A stretch of 63,999 bases of DNA, filler included, from Chiloscyllium plagiosum (taxonomy: Eukaryota): the NCBI RefSeq assembly GCF_004010195.1. It is 5 parts of one record of this genome, joined end to end, with 100 filler letters (N's around TTAATTAATTAA, not from the genome) between each part and the next. Parts side by side here need not be neighbours in the genome. Positions count along the whole stretch, not along the records: positions 10,522 to 35,692 come from NC_057711.1; 4 more parts are not named here. The stretch is one strand, 5' to 3'. Of the stretch, positions 11,754-25,803 are shown piece by piece; within the stretch, counting starts at the first letter, position 1; every line of letters starts with the position of its first letter. The position numbers and the translations under genes are program-made. Under the pieces are notes generated by a model. It did not search any database, had not been told where the DNA came from, and worked only from the letters and a program-made list of their open reading frames with translations.

Positions 11754-14245
11754 CAAGTTGGAACAACAGAAGCAGCATTAATGGGTGGGGTCAACCTCCC
11801 ATAAACCAGGATTTTAGTTTAACTTTCAGGAGTTGTTAGGGTTTGGAAGCTGCTATACATCGCTCCCTGCTACAGCAAAATGCTGGAGCACTCTCTCTCA
11901 GTTTTCTCTTTTGTTCTTTCTTCCTAGACTAGAGAATTGCATGGGAGACAATCTATTTTACTAGGAAGGGTTTGCCTTTGCCAAGGGTGTGTTTATGGAA
12001 TATAACTATATTGGAATAATTGCTGGTTAGTAGATAAAGTTAAATTTTCCAATGGTGTTAAATTATTCCAATTCTTTCTTTTGCTTATATTTTAAACTAT
12101 AGCATAAGAACAAAGTATGTTTTCCTTCAAGCCTGACAGTTTGACCAAACTGCATCTCGAACACATTGCCTTACACCTGCCTTTAAAAGTAAGGAAAAGG
12201 TGGGGTCTAGGCTATGTTCTTTATATCTATATTGAGATATTGGGGGGGGGGGGGGATTAATCTGTTCCACAACAAATTGGCGGCTCTTGTCAGGATCTAA
12301 ATCTCTAATTCCACATTGGGTTTAGGATTATTGGATTCTAAAGATAATGAGTGGTGAATGTTTGTGTTCTCTTTTAAGGTGCTGCATTTGGTTAGTTTTA
12401 AGAGGGTGCAGTACCTTGTGTAGTAATGGCTCTTTCACTAAGTTTCCTGCGGGTGGAAGAAGTCACTTTGGGAATTTTACAGAAAGTGAGCAAGGCAAAT
12501 CTTTTGGAATTGGCAGACAAGCTGGAGTTGAGGTTGCCTTTGTCTGTGCAAAAAGGGGAGGTAATTGCTGGAATAGCTTGTCATTTACGATTGCCAGAAA
12601 TGTAATTAGAATCTTTGGAAATAGCTAAAATTCAGTTGCAAATGACGCAGCTTAAATTGGAGGCAACAGAAAAGAGAAAAGGAAATGAAACAATTTGAAT
12701 TTCAATTGAAGGAAGAAAAGCAGAAAGAGATAATAGCTGTAGCAGAGGAAAAAGAAAAGGAAAGGAATGCCTTACCAGAAGACAGGGAGAAAGAATGTTT
12801 TTGAATTTTGGGGGTTTGAAGTGAAAACTCAAGGTCAACATAAAATGGCAGAGGTAGAAGGGAAAGGTGGGTGTAGTGATGAGGACAGTGATGGAGAGCA
12901 ATCCCATTGTAACCAAAGGCCTGGTGAGGATCTGTTTAAATATGTCAAAGCATTGCCTAAGTTCGACTGGAAGTGGCTAAGCAAATGAAATGGCCGTGAC
13001 CACGTGGATATTATTGATCCAAACAAAGTTGGTAGTTAGAGATAGTGATACAAACACCTCCCTATCAGTGGAGGTATCTGGAGAATATGATGAGGTGAAA
13101 AATGCCATCTTAAGGGCATATGTGCGAGCATCAGAAGTCAACAGACAATGTTTTAGGAATCTGAGGTGGTAAACCGGTCAAACGTACACAGTTTGAAAAG
13201 GATCAAATATAACATTTTGATAGGTGAATAAAGGCATTGAAGATAGATCAATCTTATGACGCTTTAAGAGAGACTTTTAGAAGAGTTAAAAATTCACTTT
13301 TTGAAGTTGTAAGGACTCATATAGAAGGGCAGGGAGATAAAACAGCAAGATTAGCAGCAGAAACGGATGGTTAGGAATTGATTCATAAATCTAAGTTTGG
13401 CTGACATCCACTTCAATCTATGAGGGATAGAAATTGGGGAAAAGAGAAATCCTCAGATGGTAAGGGAAAGAGAGATCTCAGCAAAGACAGTAAAAATAGT
13501 TTACCATGGGTTAAAAAGGAAGTCTACGAGGGAGAAAGAGAAGTGACAAGCTCAGATGTTTTCACTTATTAAAGTAGGCCACATGAAGTCACAATGTTGC
13601 TAGTTTAGCTAAAGCACTGGGAAGACCGATGTAGGAAAACAGGATAAGCCAAGATGTTTTGTTAAAGTAGTAAAGGAAAGCACAGTGGAAGCTAAAAAGC
13701 TGCACCAGAAAATACAATCAGAGTAGGGGTTGGTTGAGAATAAAGTGCCAAATGTCTTTAAAGAATTGCATGAGTGAGGTTTACTCATGTATGCCAAGAG
13801 CAGCAACAAATGAAATTAAAATTTTAAGCAATGTAGGAGCAAGTCAATCTTTGACAGTAGAAGATGAGGAGATATGTAATTCGGAAGGAGTATGTATTAC
13901 CAGAAAAGGTGGTTTTATGTGGAATTCATCGTGAGTAGTGTTCCATTGTGTAACGTGTGGTTGGATATTTCAGTAAATATCCAATTGTTGTCAGAGTAAT
14001 AGAGAAAATCTTTGTTCCAAAATTATAGTATATCCTCGGTAAAGATACAGCTGGATCACAGATGGGAGTATTATTACTGTGGTTGAAAAGCCAGTGGAAA
14101 GTCAGACATCTGAGGTGTTACAGGAAGTACATCCTGGGGTTTTTCCTGACTGTGTGGTACAAGGTCACAAAGCTACAGGTTAAAACAGGAGCAGAAATCA
14201 AGGAGTACAGATGAGGGAAGTTGAAGTTCAATTTATCAGAAACTG

Positions 14246-14794
14246 CAGGTGGCTCTGGGATAACGCATGTTTCGGCTGCTTGATTTGACCAGAACGCCAT
14301 TGAAGAATTAGGGAACAGTATTTTTGGGAACGTTTAGATCCGTTGGAAATAGAGTGGTTCCAGCGGGGATAGGTTCATGTGCCTTGTTTGGCACATGCAC
14401 CGAAACCTCTCTACCGTTCCGTGCATGCACAACGTTGATACTTGTCTTTGTGCCATTTTGCACATTTGTGACTTTGGTGCTGGTCTTCATGCTGTTCTGC
14501 GCATGTATCAATGTCAGCTGCTGACTGCGCAGCGTTCTGAGAGAGGTATTGTAGAAGGAGCAACTTTCTTACTTTTTTTTTTAAAACGCACTGTGTTAAA
14601 TTTACTTTGGTTTCATTATATTTAGACTGTGCTATACTTAATTTCTTTTGTCTTTTGGGTGATTTTTATGAGCGATCATGAGTGATATTATTTGCTGGTC
14701 TGTCCCTAACCCCACTTTTTTCCATAAACCCCATTATTTCTATTAAGTGAGGTTTCACTAGAATGCAATTATGAAGTTATAGGAGAACTACCTG
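14246..14794. mobile_element. Tc1/mariner (Tigger/pogo-type) non-autonomous element nested in the Gypsy
   Basis: CAGGTGGCTCTGGGATAA ... TTATAGGAGAACTACCTG|TA imperfect terminal inverted repeats; Gypsy sequence resumes on both sides. Confidence 0.65.
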
Positions 14795-17002
14795 TATGTT
14801 TGTTCATGGTTGAGAAAATAAATAAGAGGTGGAGGAAAAAAATTGATATTTTTAAGTTTAGAGAAATTAACTCAATTGCAAGAGCAAGATGAAAAACTAA
14901 AGCAGTTGTACCAAAAAAGGAACACAGTAGAAAATATGAATTTATCGCAGAATGTTACGATCTTAAAAATGGAGTCTTGATGAGGAAATGGAGACCATCA
15001 CATGTTCAGGTGAATGAAAAATGGGTAGAAGTTCATCAAGTTGCATTACCATGGGTTGTAGAAAGGTCGTCTTGTAGGTATCACATGAATTTCCATTTGG
15101 GAGTCAGGCAAGCTCAAGTCAAACTCCAAAAACATTTTTATTAGCCTGGATTGCATACAGGAGTGGTGCAATTTTGCCGGACATGTCATACGTGTCAGGT
15201 AATTGGAAAAATCTCAGGTAGTGATAAAGCAGCACCATTATTTGCATTTAAAGAGCCTTTTTCCAAGAGTCTTAATTGACTGCATAGGTCCCCTACTGCA
15301 AACAAAAAGTGGGAGTCAGTATTTGTTGATCATAATGGATGTATCTACAAGATGTCCAGAAGCCATTCCATTTCAGAATACACAACTAAAAGGATTGTAA
15401 AAGAGTACTCTTTTTTTTCCACTAGATACGGACTACCCACAGAAAGACAATCAGATCAACATTCAAATTTTGTATCAAAAAGTTATTCAAGGAAGTTATG
15501 AATAACTTGAGAATAAAACAATTCAAATCCACTACATATCATCCAAAAGTGCAGGGAGCAATAGAACAGTGATATCAAACTTTTAAAACCATGTTAAGGA
15601 CTTAGAGTCAAGCATATCCAGTGGATTGTGATAAAGGAATTCCATTTGTACGTTTTGCAATTAGGGATACACCCAATGAATCAACTACATTCAGTCCATT
15701 TGAATTAGTTTTATGGGCATGAGGTGCGAGGACTACTGAAATTAATTACAAAAATTGGTGAGTTGGACTATTTAGTCCAAATTTTAGGGAAATATTAAAT
15801 AGAGCAGGTGAGTTGGCTCAATAACATTTAAAAGTAGCACAGCATATGATGGAACAGGAATTAGACAAGACATCAAAAATTTGCAATTTTGCTGGTGGAG
15901 ATAAAGTGTTAACATTACTACCAGTGGAAGTTGGACCTTGTCAAATCGAAAAGAAATTGAATGAGGTGAATTATGTGATAACTCAATTCTGAAACTGAGT
16001 ATGTCAGCATTAAACAGAAGTTGTATTGCATGTCGGCTCAGCTATGCAATAAACGTCATTCTAAATTAGAAGCTCTGAAATATTAACAAGTAACTTCTCT
16101 GCTTCAGAATAATAGCTTCAGGGTAAGTGTATATTCATACCCTTCAGATCTAAAGGCTAACCTGACTGATTCTCAGGAAACCTAGCACTTAGCTACAAAA
16201 AGATGTTGCAAATCCAAAATGCCACTAGTGAATAATAAGGTCAGATGAACAAATTCTCACCTTGTATAAAAGTCGAGGACTTATGCCACCATACTAAATC
16301 ATTTTGAGCCAAGTTTAAATTGAAATTTATGATTACCACTTCCTCATACCAACATCTGGGCTGAAAATATTTACAAATGACATTGCAACATGTGAAGGAT
16401 ACAAATGAGGTTGACAATATCTCAGCTTGGGAAATTGCAAACAATAGTGTCATAAGATATTTGCAGGTAATTGTTAATCAACCTGTTCAGAAATGTTCTG
16501 ACATACTTCTTGAACAAGTTAGACTTGAACACAGGACATGTGACCCAGAGATAGGGAAACTACCACTGCCCAGAAGATAGTTATATTTTAATCAAAAAAG
16601 TGTCATGTAAGAGGTGAATATTCTTAGCTAATCATTCGTCATTTTTAGATGCTGTCAGATCACATATAGCTCGGACCTGAGAGAATGTTTCAGGATTATA
16701 ACTTATAAATGCAGACATTTATTGGCTATTTACAACAGCATGGTTTACAGCTTGTTTAAATCAAAAACATGCAGAGTCTCGTCTTGGTATTAATGCAGAG
16801 AAAACTTGTAAATTAAACAAATTTGCAATTTTACATACATTCTCTCAGGCAGGAATAGGTCAGAGAAATTTTCAATAAATTGGAGCGTCAACCAAAGTCT
16901 CTATAATACAAGAGAGAAGTCCATCAAAAAATCTTTGAAAGATACATTCTTTGAGTAATGCAGAATAAGACTCATTGTGCATGGATTCTGGAATAAGCAT
17001 GC

Positions 17003-17322
17003 TAGATTAGATTAGATTAGATTAGATTCTCTACAGGGTGGAAACAGTCCCTTCGGCCCAACAAGTCCACACCAACCCTCCGAACAGTAACCCACCCAGA
17101 CCCATTTCCCGCTGACTAATAACACTATGGACAACTTAGCATAGCCAATTCACCTGACCTGCACATCTTTGGATTGTGAGAGAAAAATAGAGCACCCGGA
17201 GGAAACCCACACAGACATGGGGAGAATGTGCAAACTCCACACAGTCACCCAAGACTGGAATCGAACCTGGGTCCCTGGCACTGTGAGGCAGCAGTGCTAA
17301 CCACTGAGCCACCGTCCCACCC
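17003..17322 (-). mobile_element. HE1-type SINE with (TAATC)n tail
   Basis: tRNA-like head at 17250-17322; (ATTAG)n on the plus strand at 17003-17027. Confidence 0.92.
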
Positions 17323-17419
17323 ATGTTGAAGCAATGCATTGAGTGGGCTACAAAGCAAACTCAATTTGAGTTTTGAGCAAGAAAAGTCAGTCTTTGGAAT
17401 TTATATGCTAAAAAATGGA

Positions 17420-18630
17420 GAATCAAGGGAAACCTCACCGAAGTCTGATCTCTGTCTTAGCAACTGATTTACTCAGCCACACCTTCACCTCCACGTTTGA
17501 TGTGCCAGTCTACGTTAAATCCATTACCTCTCTCTTCCTGCACATTCTCCCCAGTAGACTTAATCTCTGTCCCTTAAGTTACAAGCAACACAAACTTGAA
17601 AGGCCATGACAGACGTCTAGTTTCTCCATTAACTGCCAGACCTGATTCAATCACTTAAAGGACTACCATATCCTGCTCTCCTCTATTAAAATTCCAAGTA
17701 TTACCCCGGCTCCTTTTCTTGACTGTAATCTGTCTCTTAAGCCACCTCTGTGCCAATCCCTACAATGAGTCCAAGCAGCTCATGGGAATCCTTGTCACTA
17801 AGACAATATAACCAGCATCCTCTGCATTGCCCCTCCATTTAACTAGCTCACTGATCAAACAATGAATGTTCAGCCTACCATGGTTCTGACTCTCAGCTTT
17901 GTCTAGTTTCACTCCTACTTGCCCATAAATCCTCTTGAGCCCAGCTTGTCATGAGATCTGCTGTTCACTTGATCTTGCTCCCACTATGCTGCTTGACCTA
18001 ACTTCCCTTCCTGATCCATGTTAGCCAATATAGCAAAGGGTTTCAATTTATCAGGTGCCATCCGTCTTCTAACTTTGCCATCATTACCCATTGCCTCAAA
18101 AAGAAGCCCTTGACCCTACTATCCTTGCAAATTATTGTTTCATCTCCAATCTTTTTTTCCTATCCAAAATTATTGTAATATCCTCAACTTTCCGAGAACA
18201 CTATGTTTGAATGAAGTTTTCACCCATGCTAGAGTACTGAAATAGCTTTTATCAATGTCACAAGTAGCACCTCATATGACTAAGACAAAGTTCCTTGTCC
18301 TCTTGGCCGATGTGCAATATTTGATATAGTTGATAAATACCATCCTTCTCCAATATCTCGTCACTGTCGTCCAACTTGGTGGGCTGATTTTACCTGGTTC
18401 CATTTTTATCCACCTAAACATAGGTAGAGAAACTGCTTCCCATTGTTCCAAGTCAGGTGCAAAGCCCCAGGCCCTGAATCTGGCTCTCTAGAACATAGCC
18501 ACCTCTCTACCTTCGTCTTCTTTTCTAAGGCAATCCTTTAAACATATCACTTTGGGCAAGCTTTGATTATCTGACCTAATATCTCCTTAACATGGCTCAG
18601 CGTTATACATTGCTTCACAATACTCCTATG
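17420..18630 (+). mobile_element. Degraded L2-type LINE fragments
   Basis: KK.LDPTILANY..ISNL.FLSKI at ~18095-18170 and STE.A...FD.VD..ILL-like RT motifs at ~18230-18350. Confidence 0.65.
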
Positions 18631-18631
18631 T

Positions 18632-18880
18632 AAACAATAGACAATAGGTGCAGGCGTAGGCCATTCTGCCCTTCAAGCCTGCACCACCATTCAATATGAT
18701 CATGGCTGATCATCCTTAATCAGTATCCTGTTCCTGCCTTATCTCCATAACCCTTGATTCCACTATCCTTGAGAGCTCTATCCAACTCTTTCTTAAATGA
18801 ATCCAGAGACTGGGCCTCCACTGCCCTCTGGGGCAGAGCATTCCACACAGCCACCACTCTCTGGGTGAAGAAGTTTCTCT
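18632..18880 (-). mobile_element. CR1 LINE 3' end
   Basis: Reverse complement gives FFTQRVVAVWNALPQRAVEA plus a CR1 tail. Confidence 0.85.
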
Positions 18881-19734
18881 TAGCAGGTTTCATTACTTTA
18901 AAATATATTGTACAGATAAAAATTGTTTGACTTTGGAAATTTCTATTAGGTTTGAAGACTAGACTCAGTTTAATATTAAGGGAGTTAGAAATATATGCAA
19001 TTTAAACACATTTTAATAATTGAAAGCCATGGCAAATTTGAAAGAATTGACTGAATTTCTTTTTGGAGGAAATAAAGGTCCATTGTCCCAGCTTCTCATT
19101 AAAGAAATTAATCAATGATTCAAAAAGGGTGGGTAGATAGGCCAGCAGTATACCTCTGCCCAAAACATTCTGTTTCTAAATATCTTTAAAATTTGAAATT
19201 TTAGCCCAGTGACATCCCATTGGGCAGTTCATAACTATCATTTCCAACATCTGTGACCTCTCCATACCTGACCTACTTAGCATCTTCAAAGAAAAAGCAG
19301 CTGACTATATTGAGAGTAGTAATTTCAAAGTCTGAAAACATTTTAATGCATTTTCTTCTTGAAAACCTGAGGTATCTATCATGGCTAATGTACCAAATTT
19401 TGGTAATAATTATGTATAATTGTATCCATCTGCACTAATGCATTATCTTTGAAAACATTTGGACAAGGTTATTGGGACATATTTTTCAAGCTAAGGTGCA
19501 ATTATTTCTTCCAATATGGTTACATTAGCGTTAGTGAGTATATCACACCAAAGAATCCAACAGGAGTGTACCTTTGATAACAAATGAAATTTCATAGACT
19601 AAATCTTCATACAAAAGCCTTCATGACTTGCATGTTATTCAAGCCTGTTTGAATATGTTCAATCATGTTTCTCTAAATTCCCTAATATTAAGTTGTCTCC
19701 TAGTCTCCTGAGAACAGCAACTAATAGTTATATA

Positions 19735-21040
19735 CATAGAAACAGTAAATAGGAGGAGTAGGCTATTCGGCCCTTGTCATTTAATGTGATCATAGTTGGT
19801 CATCTAATTCTGTACTCCCGCTTTCTCTCCACATCCTTTAGCTCGAAGAACTATATCCACCTCCTTCTTGACAACATTGATTGTTTTAGCATCAACCATT
19901 TTCTGTGGCAGAGAATTCCACAAGCTCACCATTCTCCGGGTGAAGAAATTTCTACCCATGTCAGTCCTAAATGGCTTACCCCATATTCAACTATGCCCCC
20001 TGATTCTGGACTCCCCCATCATTGGGAACATTCTTCCTGCATTTGCCCTGTCCAGCCCAATTAGAATTTTATAGGTTTCTACAAGATTTCTCCCCATTCT
20101 CCTGAACTCAAGTGAATATAGTGCTAACCAATCCAATCTCTGTTTATACATCAGTCCTGCTATTCCAGGAATCAGTCTGGTCAATCGTCATTGCACACTC
20201 TCAGTAGTTTGAGCATTGTTCCTCAGATAAGGAGACGGTCAGTACTCCAGGTGTGGTCTCACCAAGACACTGTACAATTGTAGCATGCTATTCCTGCTTC
20301 TATTCTTGAATCCTCTCACTATGAAGGCCAACAGACTATTTGCTTTCTTCAATGCCCACTGCACATGCGAGCTTACTTGCAGTAACTGGTGTACAAGGAC
20401 ACTCAGGCCCAAGTTGCATCTCCTCCATTCCAAATCTATTGCCTTTCAGATAATAAACTAACTCACATTTATCCACATTATATTTCATCTGCCATGCATT
20501 TGCCCACTCACTCAACTTGTCCAAATCACACTGAAGCATCTCTGCATTCTCTTCACAGTTCACCCTCCCACTCAGCTGTGTGTCATCTGAAAACTTGGGC
20601 ATCTACATTTAGTTCCCTCATCTAATTCATTAATATATATTGTGAACAGCTGGGATCTACACACTGATCCTTGAGGTATTCTATAAGTCACTGGCTGCAA
20701 CTCAGAAAATGATCTGTTTACTTCTGTTTTTTGCTTCCTGTCTGCCAATCAGTTCTCTATCCAAGTCGGTACACTATCCCAATGCTATCCGCTTTAATTT
20801 TACATGTTAAGCTCTTATCGGAGACCTCACCAAGAGCCTTCTGGATGTTCAAGGAAACCACATCCAATGGCTCGTCCTCAACAACTCCAGTCATTATATC
20901 CTTAAATAAATTCCAATAGGTTTGTCAAGCATGACTTTCTTTCATAAATTCGCACTGACACTGTCCAGTCCCATTCCTGTTTCTCAATCCTCTGCTATTA
21001 AAGATTTTGTAATGCATTCTAACTTTTTCGCTACAACTAT
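19735..21040 (-). mobile_element. CR1 LINE ORF2 3' half, degraded
   Basis: KFSDDT.L.G.V, LQCDLDKLSEWA..WQM, LVRPHLEY, SLE.RR. Confidence 0.9.
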
Positions 21041-22139
21041 CTTCAATGTAATGAAAGATGGCCTTTAACAGGAACATCATAAAGCAATGTATAACAGTCA
21101 GCTATACAAGAAGCTATTAGGTAAAATGATCAGAAGCTTGACCAAAGTGGTAGATTTTAAGGAGCCTCTTGAAGAAGAGGATTGAGGTGGAGATCTTTTG
21201 GGGGTGGAAATTCAAATCTTAGGGATGAGGCAACTGAAAGAATAATAATAACTGTAAATCCGCAAAGAAGGGAATTATAGAATTTCCCAATTGTTATATC
21301 CGACACAGATCAGACAAAAAGTTATATGATTACTTATCTGTCATACCCCATTTTATGACACTAATTATCCAAGTCTAGTAAGTAAACAATAATTGCCTTA
21401 AGCCTCAGAGGCTACAGAAGAACAGCAAATGCGTACATAAAATGGGTAAGGTGATCAGTGTGTGAGAAGGAAGGTACAGGTCTGTAGGTGAGAGGGTTGG
21501 GTAGCAGACGAATGGGTGAGCAGTTAACAGTGGCAGGTGAATGGGTGAGGGGATAAGGTGCCAGGCAAATTGGGTGAGGGGGTGGTGGAGCAGGCAAATG
21601 GGTAAGATGCAGCACTTGCTAACCAATCCTTAGTGTAGTAATAACTACAGTAACAAACAATTTAAGACAAATCAGTCAAACTCTTAATACTTACAGAAGT
21701 TACATACATTGAGATGCAAGGGCCTGTTGTCCGCAAATAAAAGGAACCTATTTAAGCCTTAAAAAATATTTTTTAAATGACCTGGCAAAGTGGAGAGCTT
21801 CTGTTTCTTTATGAATTTCTACATGGCAATGCCTTTGCCAATTAAAATTGATATGCCAACCAGTGGGCAATTAGTGATATAAATTATTTGATCAATTGAA
21901 ATTTGTAATTTGTTCTGCTTAGTACAAGACAAAGTCTTGGCAGCATGGCTGTTTTTGTTTTGCAATATTCAAGCTCTGAACTATGAAATGGCATTGTGAA
22001 AGGAAACCAGAAACAGCAATTCGCTTTTACATCTGTTTTTACATTATGTGTATTTTCCATTGAAAACTTGGTAGTGAAAGGGCCTGATTACTGTGGCAAT
22101 AGTTCATTAAGTACTTACATTAGAATGAACATGTGGAGC

Positions 22140-25100
22140 ACTAAAAATTCAAAGTATTCATTTTATTGAACATACAATCCATGACAAGGGACAAGTCTTT
22201 TCTGTGCTACTACATTGATCAAATTTCTCCCATGAGAGTCTAAAGGACAATTATTAGTCTCACGTGCTGAAAAAAATACTGGATAATAGTAGTTTTTTTT
22301 TATGTGAAGACAAAAATCAGTGGAATAAAATTTTATTCCAAGTACAGTATCATGAAAAGCAGTTAAGAAGAAAAATACAACCAGGAGACATCAAATGAAA
22401 CCAGTACAAAATTATGGCCAAAAAATACTATATTTGTAACCAGCAAGATCATTTGGGGCATTAATATACAACATTAGTTTTTTCCAAAAACTATTTCCCT
22501 TCCCCAAACAATGACAATACATGCATTTAAGTGGCAATTTAAAAACAGCAAATATGATTTTTTTTAAAATATTGCATGTTAAAATTATCTAACAGGAATT
22601 AAATATACAAGTCCTACCAGAACATTTAAAAGAATCTGGCACTACAAGAAATTGCCCATGGCGCACACTATTTCACTCTACTATGATTTAGATCTCTTTA
22701 ATTCTATATTATTTGGAGCAGAATTGATCTGGCAGCCATAATGCCATACATGATTTTCAATTAAGATATTTAATTTCTTAACAGCTTTCAACTTCTCCGC
22801 TGGAAGTGCCAATGGACTAAAATCCTTGAAAGACTAATTGACTGAGCAATTTAAAAAATAAATGAAGGCAGGGCTTTTGTAGGCCAAATTAACATACTTT
22901 ATGTACATTCTATTAGATTACAAAAAATGTAGATGTTACAAGAGTTAACAAGCTACTGGTCATCCTTACATCTTTACATACAGCATGCCTAACTTCATTT
23001 ATTTGTTTGCACTTAGTGACATGAATTGGTAAATGGCAAGTAGCTGCGGGACTTGGCTTACTTCATATTGACAATATAATGTCTTTCTTCGTTCACAGGG
23101 ATTAATGACATTGCATTGGTCCCTCCAGTGCATTACCAATAATGTAAAAGCCGATATCTAATTTTCAATTCTGACACCCAACACAGCACATATGTTTTTG
23201 GGGGGTGTGGGGGCATCTCTTGTCTTGGGCTTCAATTCTGAGGCACAAAGTTCTTGACTCCACTGCCATAAAACACAAATTTAACTATCTACTGGTAATA
23301 CAAACATTCTGTATAATGTGAACTACGACCAATTCCATCAGAAACACTATAGATACAAGAATTTGGCATATGACTTTCCCCAAAATACAATCTTTGATCG
23401 AGAACACTCTCTTAATTTAAGGATTTATGGCAAGTTGTTTTCTTTTATACATGAAGATGTGACAAGATACAGAAGTCAATTTTTTTGACTGCGTCATGGG
23501 CGGAGTCATTGATTAAAGTTTGTATAAGTACTTTCTAGGAGAGAAAGAATGGATTTAAATTTTATCAAAAGGAATTCTTTGACCAGAAACGCATGTATAT
23601 TAATCAGACTACTACACTATGATAATTATCTTGACTTTCAAAATGAAAATACTTTAAACCCTAACTGAGAAAAAAATGGCAAAAATTTACATTCGCTTCT
23701 CATAAAAAAAGTAAATAACATTATTCAAAATGCGAATTAGCTATAAGACATACAATACAATTACATAGATATATATTATCAATATAGCACATTCAATCTG
23801 CCAAAATTATCACAAAGCCAATATGGATGTGAGCGCATGTGTGCACATATATATAATATATATACGTATTCACACACAATTATTACAAGGTTATAATTAC
23901 ACTATGCCTATAGCCAAGTTTTACAAATTATAAGAGCTTTATCTATGAAAGCACAAATGCATGTTTGATGGAGGTGCAGGAATTGAGGGAGATAATCACT
24001 GACCATTAACTTCGGTGCTCCATAGAAACAAAAGCTTCTCTTTTGAAGCAGGAAACCATGCACAAAGACATATCATCTTTGACAATGGACAGTACAGATA
24101 ATTTTAAATTAGCTACCTGAACCATCGATGTTAACATCTCAAAGAACAAAAAATCCAGAAAACTAGGAAGTTAAAGGAACACAGTCATGTCCATTCAAAT
24201 ATCTGCTCTTTAAACAGTAACCAAAGCTTCAGACTCAGATTTGAAAAGAATGAAAATAATGACACACATTCATTTACTAGGGCATTATGGCAAATGAAAA
24301 TCATTCTGGTTTAAAATTAAGGATCTGTCAGAGTTTAATCAAAACATCATCACAATACCTTTTAACATATGTGTAAAAAAGTTAAGATACAAAGTTAGCC
24401 ATGGACACTGATCTGCCAATGTCAAAGAATAATACATAGTTAATGGCAAATATAACAATGTGGAAGAGCACCATATTTTTTCCCTCACTGTTTTGGTATG
24501 TGTCCAAGGAAACTGCTTTTAGAAGAACCCAGGAGTCAATACTACAATGTTATTTGCTTACCATTCATCTTCTGCTCAAGTGCAGTCATACTGTGATATG
24601 AGCCACATGATTTTAGGCATTTTGAGTAAAGCAATTTTTATCACTAAAACTTCAAAAATATTGAAAACGCCATGAGTGGCAATATTAAAACATTTTTCAC
24701 TTAAAAGAAACATTTAAGAACTACACTGGTGCAAAGTAAGTACATCAATGATGTCTCCAGCTACAGTTCTAAGGAGAACAACCCAAGCAAAGATTGCAAA
24801 AATCATCAAATGTAGTGTAGATAATATTTTGTTTGGCATCTTTCAGTAAAACAAGTCTCGTAAGTAGCAATAGAATGGCACATAATAAATAGAAATTGAA
24901 CCCCATATACTGATTTACAAGTACACAACATTCTCAATATTGTACTCTTACCTACATCTATCCATGTTTTTGGGAATCCAAGTGTGGCAACATTTACAGA
25001 TGAGCAATCAGCTATTGCTTTATGAGCTCCCATCTTTATAGCTTAAGATGAAGACAAATTGCTTAGTTTGAAATTTGAGGAGTAAATTATACATATCATT

Positions 25101-25572
25101 AATTTACAAATCACAGTACCAATACTTTTCATCTATCAGAAAAAAATAATTATACCATTGGTAGCTTGGTATCTGCCAAAAACATGACAATTTTTACTGT
25201 GTACCATTGAGCATCAAGGAGGAACAGATGACAGGAAAAGGGACATTGTACCTCAAATATTCCTTTGGGGAAAAGGAAGGGGTATGCTTGAAGAAGCAAA
25301 AAACCCTACCTTCAGAGAGCTGAAATCAGAATTTACAGTGAAAATTGAAAATTTTACATGAAATCACAAAATTTTGCCTAAAAAGTGGACGAGTGCTGCA
25401 AAGGTGTGTCAGCATCTTTTGCCCCATTTTTGTTAAATAAAATCATAATATTTACTAAATCTCTGTGGAAGCACACAGAGTCCAGAATGGCAATAAATTA
25501 GCATTATGCAAATTATTTTCACAGATAATACAGTTGCTCTTATTTTTTTTTCCCACCAAGTCAGTTAGTAAA
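22140..25572 (-). other. GNAQ: Probable long 3' UTR of GNAQ
   Basis: Directly follows the stop codon; AT-rich and free of recognisable TEs for more than 3.4 kb; minus-strand AATAAA at 22162-22167 and 22332-22337. The 3' end is inferred. Confidence 0.6.

Positions 25573-25803
<231 letters not shown>

Larger units (their letters stand above)
11483..15985 (+). mobile_element. Decayed Gmr1-like Gypsy LTR retrotransposon: 5' LTR (~11483-12273), PBS, gag (SCAN-like, zinc knuckle), protease, integrase; RT/RH and 3' LTR missing
   Basis: LTR ends ...ccacaaca followed by aaTTGGCGGCTC..TCAGGAT (degenerate tRNA-Pro-type PBS). Motifs: EYDEVKNAILRAY...RQCFRNL (gag), IL..VGASQSL (protease), FCRTCHTCQ and RVLIDCIGPL...YLLIIMD...PEAIP (integrase) directly after the protease. 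Confidence 0.85.
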
